Positions 1-9,931 of a DNA stretch of 64,000 nucleotides are shown piece by piece (the stretch's first letter is position 1; each line of letters opens with the position of its first letter). Position numbers and translations under genes: made by a program. This stretch comes from Trypanosoma brucei (lineage: Eukaryota): assembly GCA_000002445.1 (NCBI GenBank), contig AL929603.2, positions 864,001 through 928,000 of the forward strand, given 5' to 3'. Under the pieces are notes generated by a model, which saw only the letters and a program-made list of their open reading frames with translations, had not been told where the DNA came from and did no database searches.

Positions 1-960
1 CGCGCAATTTGTTGCCCATTTCTTGTTGAACCGTATACCTACTCATTCATGGACTCGGTGCAGTTACTTTACCGAATGCCGCTCTATTTCTTTCATGTTT
101 CATCTTCGTCGTGACACACTCGTTTGTGTGCGCAACTTCTCGCCGTAACTCCGCTGCGCTGCGTTTATTATTGATATTGATATTATTATTATTATTATCA
201 CTACTACTTTTGATGCCTCGATTGTTTCCTCTGCAGTTTCCACCATTTTCATTCTTCTCGCCTCGCCTCACCGCTGTCGTTACGTTGCTGCTTTGATGAT
301 AATGTCACCATCCAACGTTTTTAGGTTCCTTCGCATATATTACATGCGTGTGCGATTTTTTTTATTTTTTAAATTCTGTTGGTTAAAAAGAGAATTACCG
401 TTGCTGTAATCTTCTTTTATTGTCTTTGGCTGTTAGAAGTGTACGTGAGTGCATGTTTTTGTCGTGGTGCGCCTTTTTCCGTTTCATCGCTTTCTTCCTT
501 TTTGTTATTTTGTTTTCCTATTTACTTTTCTGGCCTCTTATTTTTTTCCTCCCTTTCCGTTTTTTCCTTTTATTTTTTTGTTCTCTCGCCTTTAATCTGC
601 TGTTTACCGTCCGAATAGTTTCTTTAAAAAAAAAAAAGAAAAATTCACTGAGGGGAGTCAAAGGGTTGTGTGCGTGCGTATCTGCTTTTTGTGTTACGTT
701 TGCGTCTTTGTGTATATGCTTACTTAGTTGTCCACTTATTATTTGTACCGCAATTTTCTCCTCAAACACCCGCACAAATTTTGTCAGTAATGGACATAGA
801 GCTGCGAATAAGTAAATTTACGTACTGACACGAGGACTGACGGCGCAGCTGAAGAAACTAGAGGTTACTGTTATCACTCTTATCACCGTTATTACTATTA
901 CTACTACTATTATTATTATTGTCTGTGGTGGTTCCGGCCTGTGTGTACAACATTTTTTCA

Positions 961-2070
961 ATGCCAGCTGGTGGTGACACGGCCAAGTCGTCCGCAAAGA
1001 GCGCCCCCACGCTTCTACTGGACCGCACCATCCGTTTTGATACTTCACTTTCTGAGCTTCAGGAGCAAACCAGTCGTGGGGAGCGGATCTTAATGAGACT
1101 TTCTCCCGTGGAGGATACAAAAGGGAATAGCGGTAAGGAAGGCGTTTTGTACGTTACGAACCTTCGTTTCATGTGGCATAGCAGTCACCGTGTGCGAAAC
1201 AACCTTTCCGTGGGTTATTACGGTGTGTACAATATGAGTGTGCAGATGGTCGAGACGCGGCTGCGTGGTCACGCGGAGGCACTTCGCATAACTGCTAGGT
1301 ATGGATCGAATAGGTTTGAGTTCTTTTTTACTCATCCAAGTGAGGACCGTCGGTCACGGTTGAGTGCTGTACGTTTAGTGTGGCGTGCATACGATACCAC
1401 TCGTATTTACCGTGAGGTGCGGCTGCGTAGCTGTGCAGTGCGTGACGGAGAGTTGCTGCTTCTTAAGGGCGAGAGGCTCGTGACACGCGTAAAGGGCGTG
1501 AGCAATGTGAGTAGTGAACAGGGGCATATTGGAACCTTCTTTACAACAAACCTGCGCCTTCTGTGGTGTTCGGACACCTCAGCGGAGTTCAACATATCGA
1601 TCCCTTTTCTGCAGATTGCTGCAATGCGCATTCAGGATACCGAGTTTGGCTTGTCTCTCATGGTTGAGACCACCGCATCCGTCGACTCGTACGTCATTGG
1701 TTTCCGCGTAGATCCCGTCGCGCGGCTGGATCAGCTCTTTAAGGAGTGCACGTCGCTGCTGAATGCCTTCAAAACCCACCCTAACCTCGGTGTGGCCGTT
1801 ACTTTGCAGGATGTGACAGCGGGAAATGATGACGAGGTGTCGGCGATGTTGGGGGCGGCTGAAGGCGCTTCCGTCGGCCCGCAGCCTCGCGAGTTGGATG
1901 GTGAAAATGTTGTGCAGGAGGTGGCGACTGATGCCTTTGCGGCGTATTACGTGGGGATTGGGCAGAAGGGAGCCGATCGCAAACCCGAGTACAACGCTTC
2001 CATAGGGCTCGCAGTGGAGAAGTTGCGTAATGGTGTTACATTGCAGGATTTGTGGAATGTCGTGACATAA
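961..2070 (+). CDS. BBS5: Bardet-Biedl syndrome 5 protein (BBSome subunit BBS5) orthologue
   Basis: ORF 919..2070. The translation matches remembered BBS5 sequence blocks, for example EDTKGNSGKEGVLYVTNLRFMWHS, VGYYGVYNMSVQMVETRLRGHAEAL, NRFEFFFTH, VRLVWRAYDTTRIYREVRLRS, SEQGHIGTFFTTNLRLLWCSD, FNISIPFLQIAAMRIQDTEFGLSLMVET, YVIGFRVDP, DAFAAYYV and GLAVEKLRNGVTLQDLWNVV. The two repeated PH/DM16-like halves are visible. Start chosen at the second Met (961) because the alignment with BBS5 begins near it; the upstream 14 codons are pyrimidine-rich leader. Confidence 0.85.
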   Translation: MPAGGDTAKSSAKSAPTLLLDRTIRFDTSLSELQEQTSRGERILMRLSPVEDTKGNSGKEGVLYVTNLRFMWHSSHRVRNNLSVGYYGVYNMSVQMVETRLRGHAEALRITARYGSNRFEFFFTHPSEDRRSRLSAVRLVWRAYDTTRIYREVRLRSCAVRDGELLLLKGERLVTRVKGVSNVSSEQGHIGTFFTTNLRLLWCSDTSAEFNISIPFLQIAAMRIQDTEFGLSLMVETTASVDSYVIGFRVDPVARLDQLFKECTSLLNAFKTHPNLGVAVTLQDVTAGNDDEVSAMLGAAEGASVGPQPRELDGENVVQEVATDAFAAYYVGIGQKGADRKPEYNASIGLAVEKLRNGVTLQDLWNVVT

Positions 2071-2184
2071 GTCGGGGGAAAGTGGAAAGAGAGAGGAAGG
2101 TTCCTTTTTTTTTTTTTAAAGAAAAAGAAAAGAAAAGAGAAGAAAGGCTATGGAATACGGGCCCCTAAAGGTATTGGAGGTTGT

Positions 2185-2213
2185 GCATGCGCATACGCAT
2201 ACGCATGCACATG

Positions 2214-2248
<35 letters not shown>
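2185..2248. repeat. compound microsatellite (GCATAC/GCATGC)n-(CA)n-(TA)n
   Basis: gcatgcgcatacgcatacgcatgcacatgcacacacacacacatatatatatatatatatatat, downstream of BBS5. Confidence 0.9.
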
Positions 2249-2907
2249 GGGACATGGTGTGGCGATGATTTGTTAGTTGATGGAAACGCCTTTTGGTGAG
2301 GTCATAGATAAACCTTATACTGTTTTTATATTTCTCCTCCATTTTATATTTTGTTGTATCTTCGCCTTTGTCCTTGTGGACGGATCGTTGGGGCGACTAG
2401 TGATCGTTCGCTGCCGCGCGTTCATTTACATTACTCCAGTAAATAAATATATGCGCATATTTACTGTGTCGGTGGTTGCGCTTTTATCCTCTTTTTCATG
2501 CCCCAAAAACCCTGTAGCAAACATTGGTGAAGACAAGATACTTTTCTGTTTTCTACGTTTTTTTTTTTACTTTACCGCTTTACTCATCGTCTTTTCCTCC
2601 TTTTAATTGCGTACGACATCAAATTCCACCGAGGTGTTTTCCGCACCGCCGGCTTGTGTGACGGCCGAGGCCATTAGCGGCAGGAAGTTAAGAGTCGGTA
2701 ACAAAATAAATAGTGATAAGTTACGGCGTCCGACAGGGACGTTTAACAAAGTTAAGGATCATCTTCCCCCACCCCCCACTTCTCCTACCTCAAGAAAAGG
2801 GAGAAAATCTTTCAAGTTAAAGCTGTGAAAAGAGATTAGGGCACTGGGGCGAGGAATCTGTTTTCTTTTTCATTTTGTGTACCTGCGTCTGAGGCATCTT
2901 TGCGCGA

Positions 2908-3468
2908 GTGACTGAATCAAACTTAGGTAAATCTGAGGGGGTTAGTAGGAGAGGGGGAAAAAGGGAAATGCAGATTTATGTGAAGCATCGCGGTAAGTTC
3001 ATTTTCCTCGCGCTATGGAGTGGTTTTACATGCATTGCGATGTTTTGGTTGATGATACGCCGTTCCGGTTTCGGCACTTCGTACAGCCGCTGTTGTTACC
3101 TTGTCATGTGGGGCGAATACAAGCAATTGCTGGAGCCTGGAACTTTCCCCAGTAATGGCTTTCTTCCGCCTCACCTTCGCCTCGACAGTCGCTCGTATTT
3201 GGATCTCCCAGAAACGGAGATCGCCCTCCCACCGCTGATTGATGTGAGTATTGCGGAACGCGACCAGGTGCGAAACCTCGAGTCGATGCTGCCCTCCACT
3301 CAGCGGTCGGATTTGAAGGTGCAGTTCGGACCCATCCGCACCCAAACTATTGTGATGACTAGCGGTGCGAATGAGCGGTACGTGCGGCGCCGTTTAGGCC
3401 TTTCCGAGAAGGACAGGAAGCGCTTGCAGGAGGAGGAGCAACAGAAAGCGGTGGAAGTTAATAAATAA
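2908..3468 (+). CDS. hypothetical small single-pass membrane protein
   Basis: 186-aa ORF on the transcribed strand. A hydrophobic stretch (FIFLALWSGFTCIAMFWLMI) lies near the N-terminus, followed by a charged C-terminal tail. The internal Met at 2968 (MQIYVKHRGKF) is the more likely start, since the sequence upstream of it is purine-rich. No family recognised. Confidence 0.5.
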   Translation: MTESNLGKSEGVSRRGGKREMQIYVKHRGKFIFLALWSGFTCIAMFWLMIRRSGFGTSYSRCCYLVMWGEYKQLLEPGTFPSNGFLPPHLRLDSRSYLDLPETEIALPPLIDVSIAERDQVRNLESMLPSTQRSDLKVQFGPIRTQTIVMTSGANERYVRRRLGLSEKDRKRLQEEEQQKAVEVNK

Positions 3469-4072
3469 TGGCGGTTTAGAGCTGGAATGGGGCCGGGGGG
3501 GGGGGAGAGAAGGGAGGAGAGCGACTTGCGCTGGATGTTTCGTTAGTCGTGTCTGAATTTATTTTTCATCTTCTTTCCCTCTTTCCTCTTTGTCGACATC
3601 TGTCAGTTTGGCGGTGGGTGTTCGGTGCATGGTCAGCGTATGTGTGGAAAACCTGTTGATGTGTTCAAGTCCCGTACATGGTGTTTATATATATATATAT
3701 ATATATTTACTAATGCATTTATATTTACATATGTTGCCACCCATTTTGCTTTTCTTTTCTTTTTGGTTGCACGGGAAATTAGTGCACTGCTGCTTAAAGT
3801 TAAGTGAATAATCCTCTCACCGCACTGTGAGTAAGTGGTTCTCTAGCCGTGGTGACGGAACTAAGCTGCTTCACCGCACATTTCGAGATATATATTTATT
3901 CAAAAAAAGCGGAGAAAGCGTACAGGAAAATAACATTAGAAGAGTCAGAGTGTGCCACATCGTTTTTAAAAGGGCGAAAGGGAGTGTGCAACGGCCGGAT
4001 AGGGAGCTCAAGGAGTGCCGTCAGAAGATATAATTTTTTTACCCTCGTGTTTGTGACACATCCAAGTGAAAG

Positions 4073-6352
4073 TTGAGCCGCAAAGTTGGTTCCCATCCAG
4101 TTGGATTCCAGGAAGGGATGGAGACATCGATCGGCTTAACGGGGGAGCAGGTGTATGGTGACCTTTACCATGCATGGCTCAAAGACACGGGGAAGAAGAA
4201 CACGGACGACTCCATGAAGTTGTTTCGGGAGGTAATGGAGCGTGGATTTCGCGATAAGCAAATAACTCTCCGTAAGGAGCGACTCGGTGCGAACGTCGCT
4301 GCAAGTCTTGCTGCGCTATTGCACCGGACTCCTCTCAACCGTTTAGATCTTCACGGCAATACACTGCGAGATAGCGGTTGTGAGACGATCGCATATCTCA
4401 TCCGTGACATGCCCAACTTAACTTATCTCGACCTTGGAGCGAATGATATTGGCCCGTTAGGCATACAAACGCTCAGTTATGTGCTGGGAGGGCACAAAAA
4501 GCTGCAGACGGTGATCTTGGGTTCCTCCAAACACGATGCCTATGCCAACCGTATCAACGCCTCTAGCGCTGTCATTCTGTTGGAGGGATGTCTGCGTAGT
4601 CGCACACTGCGGCACTTGGACCTGAGTGGAAGTGTTATTGGCCAATGTCAGGGAAGGATGCGTGATTTCAGCTTGATGGCGGGGACCTCATCGAGTGGCG
4701 CTTCATTCCAGGGAGGAGCGCTTTCCAAGGGAGCCTTTCAGCCCACTTCCCCGGGGTCACGGAAGAATGCGCCCGCAGTGTCGAAATCCGGGTACACGGC
4801 AGCGTCCTTCGGTGGTGGTGGGAGTACGGGTGCCGCCCTCAGCAGCGGTGCAACTGGTGAGGATCACAATGGTCTGAAAAGCTCCGGCGAGCGGCATCAT
4901 CGTCCGGTGGATGTGCTGGCCGAGTTAATTAGCACATCGACCACCCTCACCACGTTGAAGTTACGGGAGGTGATGCTGTCTACGCCGGAGGCACTGCGCC
5001 TCATCCGTGCTGCAACGGAAAGCTGCAGCTTGGCTTACATCGATCTTACCGGTAACTCTCTCACACGGTCGGTGGGCGATGCTTTCGGCGACTTGGTGCG
5101 AGCACGCACGCTCATGCAGAGCCCTTCTGTGCTGCACACCATCTTACTGAACGACAACCCCCTCATGCGCCCTAACGCTGGCATGCCAGCGCCACGACTA
5201 TTCTCCGCGCTGTCCAGTGACCGTGTGGTGGTAAAATTGCACTTAGATAGCTGCGGCATTGATGACGCGGCTATAGAGCCTCTTTGCGAAGCACTTCTTG
5301 GAAGTACCAGCGTCTTGCAGTCATTGCATTTAATGAATAACGCCATTACGTCGCGTGGTGCTTCTCTGCTTTCTAGCGTTTTGGTCCGTCATACACGTTT
5401 GCAGGATGTCTCACTGGAGGGGAATGTGATAAAGGATGAAGGGATTTGTTCTCTAGCCCGGATGTTGGAGGTCAACTGCACTCTGCTTTCACTTAACATC
5501 GCTAGAACGTGGATGGGAGAGCGCGGCATAATTGCACTTGGCGTATCACTTGTAAAGAATAGAAAACTTCAGCGCCTGAAGATTGACCATAATCACTTTA
5601 CTGACGAATCTTGTGAATCATTTACCGCGCTTCTAGAGAGCAACCGTTCTCTTCAGTGCTGCAGTTTGAATGGAAACAGCGTGGGGTATCATACCGTGCT
5701 GCGCGCAGAGAAAATTACCGCCCGTAATCTCGAGGAATTCCGCAATATGGAGAGGGTGGAGCTGGAGAAGGATGTCATTCATTTGCACTATCAAATTTAC
5801 AAGGTTGATGAGGCGCGCGTGGAGTTGGAAAACCTTCGCCAGCGGAAAGCAGAGGTTGGCCGGGCGCTAGACGCGTTTGAGATTCAGCACAAGCAGGAGA
5901 CAGGAGACGTCGCTAAGAGACTGCAAGACCTTCAGGAGATGCTCGACACCTGCGTAGAAAAGGAAAACCATTGCTTAAGTGAGAAGCAGCGCCTTGATGA
6001 TGAGCTCCACCAGGCATATAAGCGTGCGGAAGTGGACATGGAGTTGTTGAAGGAGCGGCTCGTTGTGGAAGCAGTGCAGCGTGAAAAGGCGGAAGAGGAC
6101 CTGCGTGCTCTTAAGGCACAGTTAGAGGACATGATGAACAATGGTGCGGGACGTGAGGAAGCTAAGCGGAAGCAGTTGCAGGATGTTAATGAGGATCAGC
6201 GACGGTGGAGTGCTCAGCGAAAGGAGTATCGCAATGCCATTTCGGAGGCGGCGGCTGCCGTGGCTGAGTTGGAGGAGAGGATCAAGGAAGATTCAAAGAA
6301 AGAGGGCCCAAAGAAAAGTTCGAAGAAAGGCAAGGGAAGCAAGAAGAAATAG
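4073..6352 (+). CDS. leucine-rich repeat (RNI-like) protein with C-terminal coiled coil; LRRC45-like architecture
   Basis: 759-aa ORF. The N-terminal half shows repeated LxxLxLxxNxIgxxGxxxL units typical of ribonuclease-inhibitor-type LRRs (LDLHGNTLRDSGCETIAYLIRDMPNLTYLDLGANDIGPLGIQTL; LHLMNNAITSRGASLL; LSLNIARTWMGERGIIAL). The C-terminal 200 aa is heptad-rich and charged (ELENLRQRKAEVGRALDAFEIQHKQE...LKAQLEDMM) and ends in a lysine-rich tail. The LRRC45 assignment is inferred from domain order only. Confidence 0.8.
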   Translation: MSRKVGSHPVGFQEGMETSIGLTGEQVYGDLYHAWLKDTGKKNTDDSMKLFREVMERGFRDKQITLRKERLGANVAASLAALLHRTPLNRLDLHGNTLRDSGCETIAYLIRDMPNLTYLDLGANDIGPLGIQTLSYVLGGHKKLQTVILGSSKHDAYANRINASSAVILLEGCLRSRTLRHLDLSGSVIGQCQGRMRDFSLMAGTSSSGASFQGGALSKGAFQPTSPGSRKNAPAVSKSGYTAASFGGGGSTGAALSSGATGEDHNGLKSSGERHHRPVDVLAELISTSTTLTTLKLREVMLSTPEALRLIRAATESCSLAYIDLTGNSLTRSVGDAFGDLVRARTLMQSPSVLHTILLNDNPLMRPNAGMPAPRLFSALSSDRVVVKLHLDSCGIDDAAIEPLCEALLGSTSVLQSLHLMNNAITSRGASLLSSVLVRHTRLQDVSLEGNVIKDEGICSLARMLEVNCTLLSLNIARTWMGERGIIALGVSLVKNRKLQRLKIDHNHFTDESCESFTALLESNRSLQCCSLNGNSVGYHTVLRAEKITARNLEEFRNMERVELEKDVIHLHYQIYKVDEARVELENLRQRKAEVGRALDAFEIQHKQETGDVAKRLQDLQEMLDTCVEKENHCLSEKQRLDDELHQAYKRAEVDMELLKERLVVEAVQREKAEEDLRALKAQLEDMMNNGAGREEAKRKQLQDVNEDQRRWSAQRKEYRNAISEAAAAVAELEERIKEDSKKEGPKKSSKKGKGSKKK

Positions 6353-6890
6353 GTGTGCACATGCACTCCTCATTTTTTCTTTTTCCTCTTGGTGTTTTCG
6401 TTATTTATCTCCCTCCATCGCTTACTGCGCTGTTGCCCATCTTTGGGCTTACGACAGTCAAGACGTAGCTTAAACCGTTGTGGGGCTCTTTCCTTGTCCG
6501 TCTCTCTGCCTGTTTGTCAGTCAGTTTCACGTATTTGCTTTTGACTAACTTTTATCGAAAAGAGACAAGTGAGCCGCGGTAAAGGCGCTGTACTTTTAAC
6601 TATGTGTGTCGTGCTGCCGTTGGGCACATATGTATTCAAGAGGCGTTAGTGTCGGTGTTTAGTCACTGAGTGGCAATGAAAAAGAGTGGGAGGAGGCGTT
6701 GGAAACTCACTTAAACAATCCGAATCAAAAAGGGAAAACAGAATAAAACAAAGAGAAAATGTACGCGCGATAGGCGGTCGCTGCGCGTGTGCTAGTTTAT
6801 TTCTACGAAGTCAGTAGGAATGAATGGAGTGTTTTAGAAACTTGGCGGTTTCAGCTGAAGCAGCTGCGGGCTTATGGGAGTTGCCCGATA

Positions 6891-6924
<34 letters not shown>

Positions 6925-7817
6925 ACGTTACTTTTTGTTTTTGTTGGTGTTTTCATTTGTTCCTCTGAACATTTGTATACTTTGATATGTAGAGGCACTT
7001 GAGAGCGTTGTTACTATGTGTCACTGTCGGTGTATATAAAACTTGGGGATTGAAGGAGAAAGCAGTGAAGGACAAAATGAGCAAATGAGCTTCAGGACAT
7101 TTAAAAAAAAATATTATTGTTTGGGCTCGTTTCCTTCCCTTTATGCACCGCTTCCGTGCCTTCGTTTCTATTCAGCTTCCCGATGATATGACGTATGGAC
7201 TCGCAACTGTTATATTTTCCTGTGAAAAAGAGAAAAATTTATCTGACTTGCATTATATTTGCCAAACCATGCTGTTATTACTGCTGCTATTCTTTTGGCC
7301 TTGGTTGCATCCCTTTTTTTTTCTTTCCGTTTTCCCTTCTGCCTTATGCCTTCGTAGTTAATGTAGCGATAAGTTGTTGTATATCTCGGTCGTGCCCATC
7401 TTTCTTCTTCATGCGTGCGAGAATCCTTGACATTATTTGTGCATGAGTTTAACTTAAGGTACACCAACAGACATAAGAGAGTTATCTCAATGCGGAAGCG
7501 TAATGTGGGAATAAAAGCGCGGCCGCAAGGGGCGGTGATACTTTCCAACCAACGCTTGTGCCTCGTGGATGCCACAAAGAAAGGAGGGAAACATCTGTGG
7601 GCGTTCATCACTGTATCGGTTTTACGTGCGGCTTTGTTTCACATCTTTTTCTTTTTATTCTCGCATTAAGCTTCACTCAGATCTTCAGGATTTGGTAGGT
7701 AGTATATATGTATATATACTTTGCTGCGGACACACCAATGACACTGATAGTTTCGATGCGACTACCATTTTCCTTTGATGGAGTGGAGTCGACTAACTTT
7801 GTTAAATCGAATATGTC

Positions 7818-7860
7818 ATTTCCTTTTATTGTTTTTTTCTTCTCCTCACTGTCTTCTTAG
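7818..7860 (+). promoter_or_regulatory. polypyrimidine tract plus AG: candidate spliced-leader acceptor for the RNase H2B-like gene
   Basis: tttccttttattgtttttttcttctcctcactgtcttcttAG ends 4 nt before the ATG at 7865. This is the typical kinetoplastid trans-splice signal arrangement (established knowledge; site usage not verifiable here). Confidence 0.5.
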
Positions 7861-7864
7861 CGCA

Positions 7865-9064
7865 ATGCGAGCCGTCAAGAGGAACCGACAGCCCAGTTTG
7901 CAACAACCTGATGGTAAAACCTCTGCTGTTGCGGCACCTGGTAGAAGTGAGCCGCCTTCCAGTTGTTCCTCAGATGTGGGTTCACCGCGGCGAAAGCTGG
8001 AACTCGATGATGAAGGCAGTCAAAGCTTACTTTCTAATCCGAGTCAACCGGTAGCTTCCGGTGGTGCTGTGCGATACGACGTGAGCGATCGTACGACTCC
8101 GTTGCCTGCCGGTGCCCACTCAAGTCATATGATTGTGTTGCCGCGCAGCCTGTTGAATTATCCCTTAGAGTCAGTGGGTGGAATTCCTGTAGGAAACGGT
8201 GGCTTGGGTGGTGAGCATACCAACAGCATTAATGAAGTGAGTAATGATGGTGGTATGGAGTCGTTGCGGTCATCCGGCACACTGTTTCCTGCTGCCTCAG
8301 TTGGTGTTTCACCTGGTGCGGGAATGCAATTATGTGGCCCCACTTTTCGGGAAGTCGCTGTTGCCTCGGTGCGGAAGGGATGTGATTTTGTGCGACTTCC
8401 GCACCCGCGCCATGGTGAGCCCGCATTGTTTTTATGTCCACCAGCCACTGGTGAAGGAGAAAACAGCGATTGCAGTACTCATGGTGCGGTGCTTTATGAA
8501 GTCCAGGCGCAATCTCCAGCTGAGGGATTCGGTCAGACGTGGTTGGTGGGAGAATTAGTGGAACCAAATGAGAACTTACTTATCGTAACTCCATTTGATT
8601 GTACATTCCTCGCCTTGCGGCAGGTTTCGGCACACACCATGAAAGATAAGTTTTTGCCAGCTGAGGATCTCATAACGGGACCAGTACGAAGCGGCGCGTG
8701 TGATTCAACATGGCCCGGTTGGGGCGTGGCACTTGCACAATGTCCTGCACTTGCACCAGCTGTGCAGGCAATGCAATCTCACACCGTACTTTCACGTATT
8801 TGTGATGTTAAATCAGTTGGCGACGATAGTTACTATCGTTTTAGTACAGAGAAGATGGGAATCTGGCTGAAGAATAAAGTGAAGCGCGCCATGGCAAGCC
8901 CAGGTCTTCGCTCACTGTTAGAGCTCGATAAAAGTGGAGCTGAAAACTCGGATGGTGGCGCAACGGAGGTTCCCATATCTGTCGCTTTCGGCGTAGTTGC
9001 CGAATACATTCCGCAAGATCTATGCAGCACCGCAGCGGAATTATGCGGGACTGCAGAAACATAG
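7865..9064 (+). CDS. RNase H2 non-catalytic subunit B-like protein
   Basis: ORF 7775..9064. Codons upstream of the Met at 7865 translate a polypyrimidine tract that ends in AG (7818-7860), so 7865 is taken as the start. The segment VRKGCDFVRLPHPRHGEPALFLCP...GAVLYEVQAQ...TWLVGELV...ENLLIVTPFDCTFLALRQV...KFLPAEDL, and later VAFGVVAEYIPQDL, follows the block order remembered for the RNASEH2B/Rnh202 triple-barrel region (FVKLxNPxxGxxxxYLF...LFEVKxF...SWFINQSV...LLxxATPVDPLFLLL...KFQPLDQV...YIPKEL). Confidence 0.55.
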   Translation: MRAVKRNRQPSLQQPDGKTSAVAAPGRSEPPSSCSSDVGSPRRKLELDDEGSQSLLSNPSQPVASGGAVRYDVSDRTTPLPAGAHSSHMIVLPRSLLNYPLESVGGIPVGNGGLGGEHTNSINEVSNDGGMESLRSSGTLFPAASVGVSPGAGMQLCGPTFREVAVASVRKGCDFVRLPHPRHGEPALFLCPPATGEGENSDCSTHGAVLYEVQAQSPAEGFGQTWLVGELVEPNENLLIVTPFDCTFLALRQVSAHTMKDKFLPAEDLITGPVRSGACDSTWPGWGVALAQCPALAPAVQAMQSHTVLSRICDVKSVGDDSYYRFSTEKMGIWLKNKVKRAMASPGLRSLLELDKSGAENSDGGATEVPISVAFGVVAEYIPQDLCSTAAELCGTAET

Positions 9065-9400
9065 AAATGAATGACAGTAGACGGAAGGCAAAGAGGATTG
9101 CCAAAGGAAGGTGAGTTATTTTCAGAAAGAAAAAGGGAAATATGCGTGTGCATGTGAAAGCGGTGCTGGACGGCGTGTCGTTGGGCGGTTTGACTGCTGC
9201 TGCTGGCGTCACTTTCAAGAGCGGGTGACAGGCATACTGCTCGGTGTAATCTTTTTTTTTTTTGTCGTCATTTAGGGATGATGATGGCATGAATGAGGAA
9301 ATTACATCTGAGAGTTACTCAAGGAAGTAAATAAACCCTGGTGGGATGATGCTTAGCGCATGCGAAGACGATGATGTGGGTGGGACAACCAGCTTTTAAG

Positions 9401-9404
<4 letters not shown>

Positions 9405-9433
<29 letters not shown>
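9405..9433. repeat. (AT)n microsatellite
   Basis: atatatatatatatatatatatatatatat in the intergenic region after the RNase H2B-like gene. Confidence 0.95.
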
Positions 9434-9436
<3 letters not shown>

Positions 9437-9931
9437 ATAGCGACGTAGATGCCATGGAGTAGAATATATTGTGTCATATACAGAGCCGATGAAGGCGGCA
9501 TGCAACGCGGGGTCACCGACAAAGCTCTCTTGAAATAATATTTTCAGAACCTGAAGTATGTGCATGAGTCCTCTTTGAATTTACCGTTATCTGTTAGGTA
9601 AGTGTCGTAAATTGTTTTCCTCCTTGGGTGTGTGGATTGAACACACATAAGCTCAAAACGAAACATTTACTCCTTTTTTATTCTTGTTATTAGCTTTAAC
9701 TCCTCCTCTTTTAAGTTGTGTTACCGGGCTCGTTTTTCGTTTCTTTTTTTTTTGAGATTGCTTTTTTATGGTGTCCTGCGTAATGCCGATCCAGCCAGCG
9801 ATTGCAAGCGTTTTGCTACCTTTTGTTCCTTTTATTGTTTTTGAACCTTCACCTTCCCCTCCACCATCTTATCACGGTCCTTCATTTGTTTTGGTGATAC
9901 GCGATCGCACGCAAATACAAGTTTAGAACTT

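Noticed and set aside
4073-4117. Alternative upstream start codons for several genes (4073 vs 4118; 48273 vs 48324; 52526 vs 52553; 59527 vs 59539; 2908 vs 2968).
   Set aside because: Choosing between in-frame Mets needs spliced-leader mapping. The ORF-track coordinates were kept unless the upstream codons were clearly polypyrimidine or microsatellite sequence, as for 919, 7775, 26861 and 41575.
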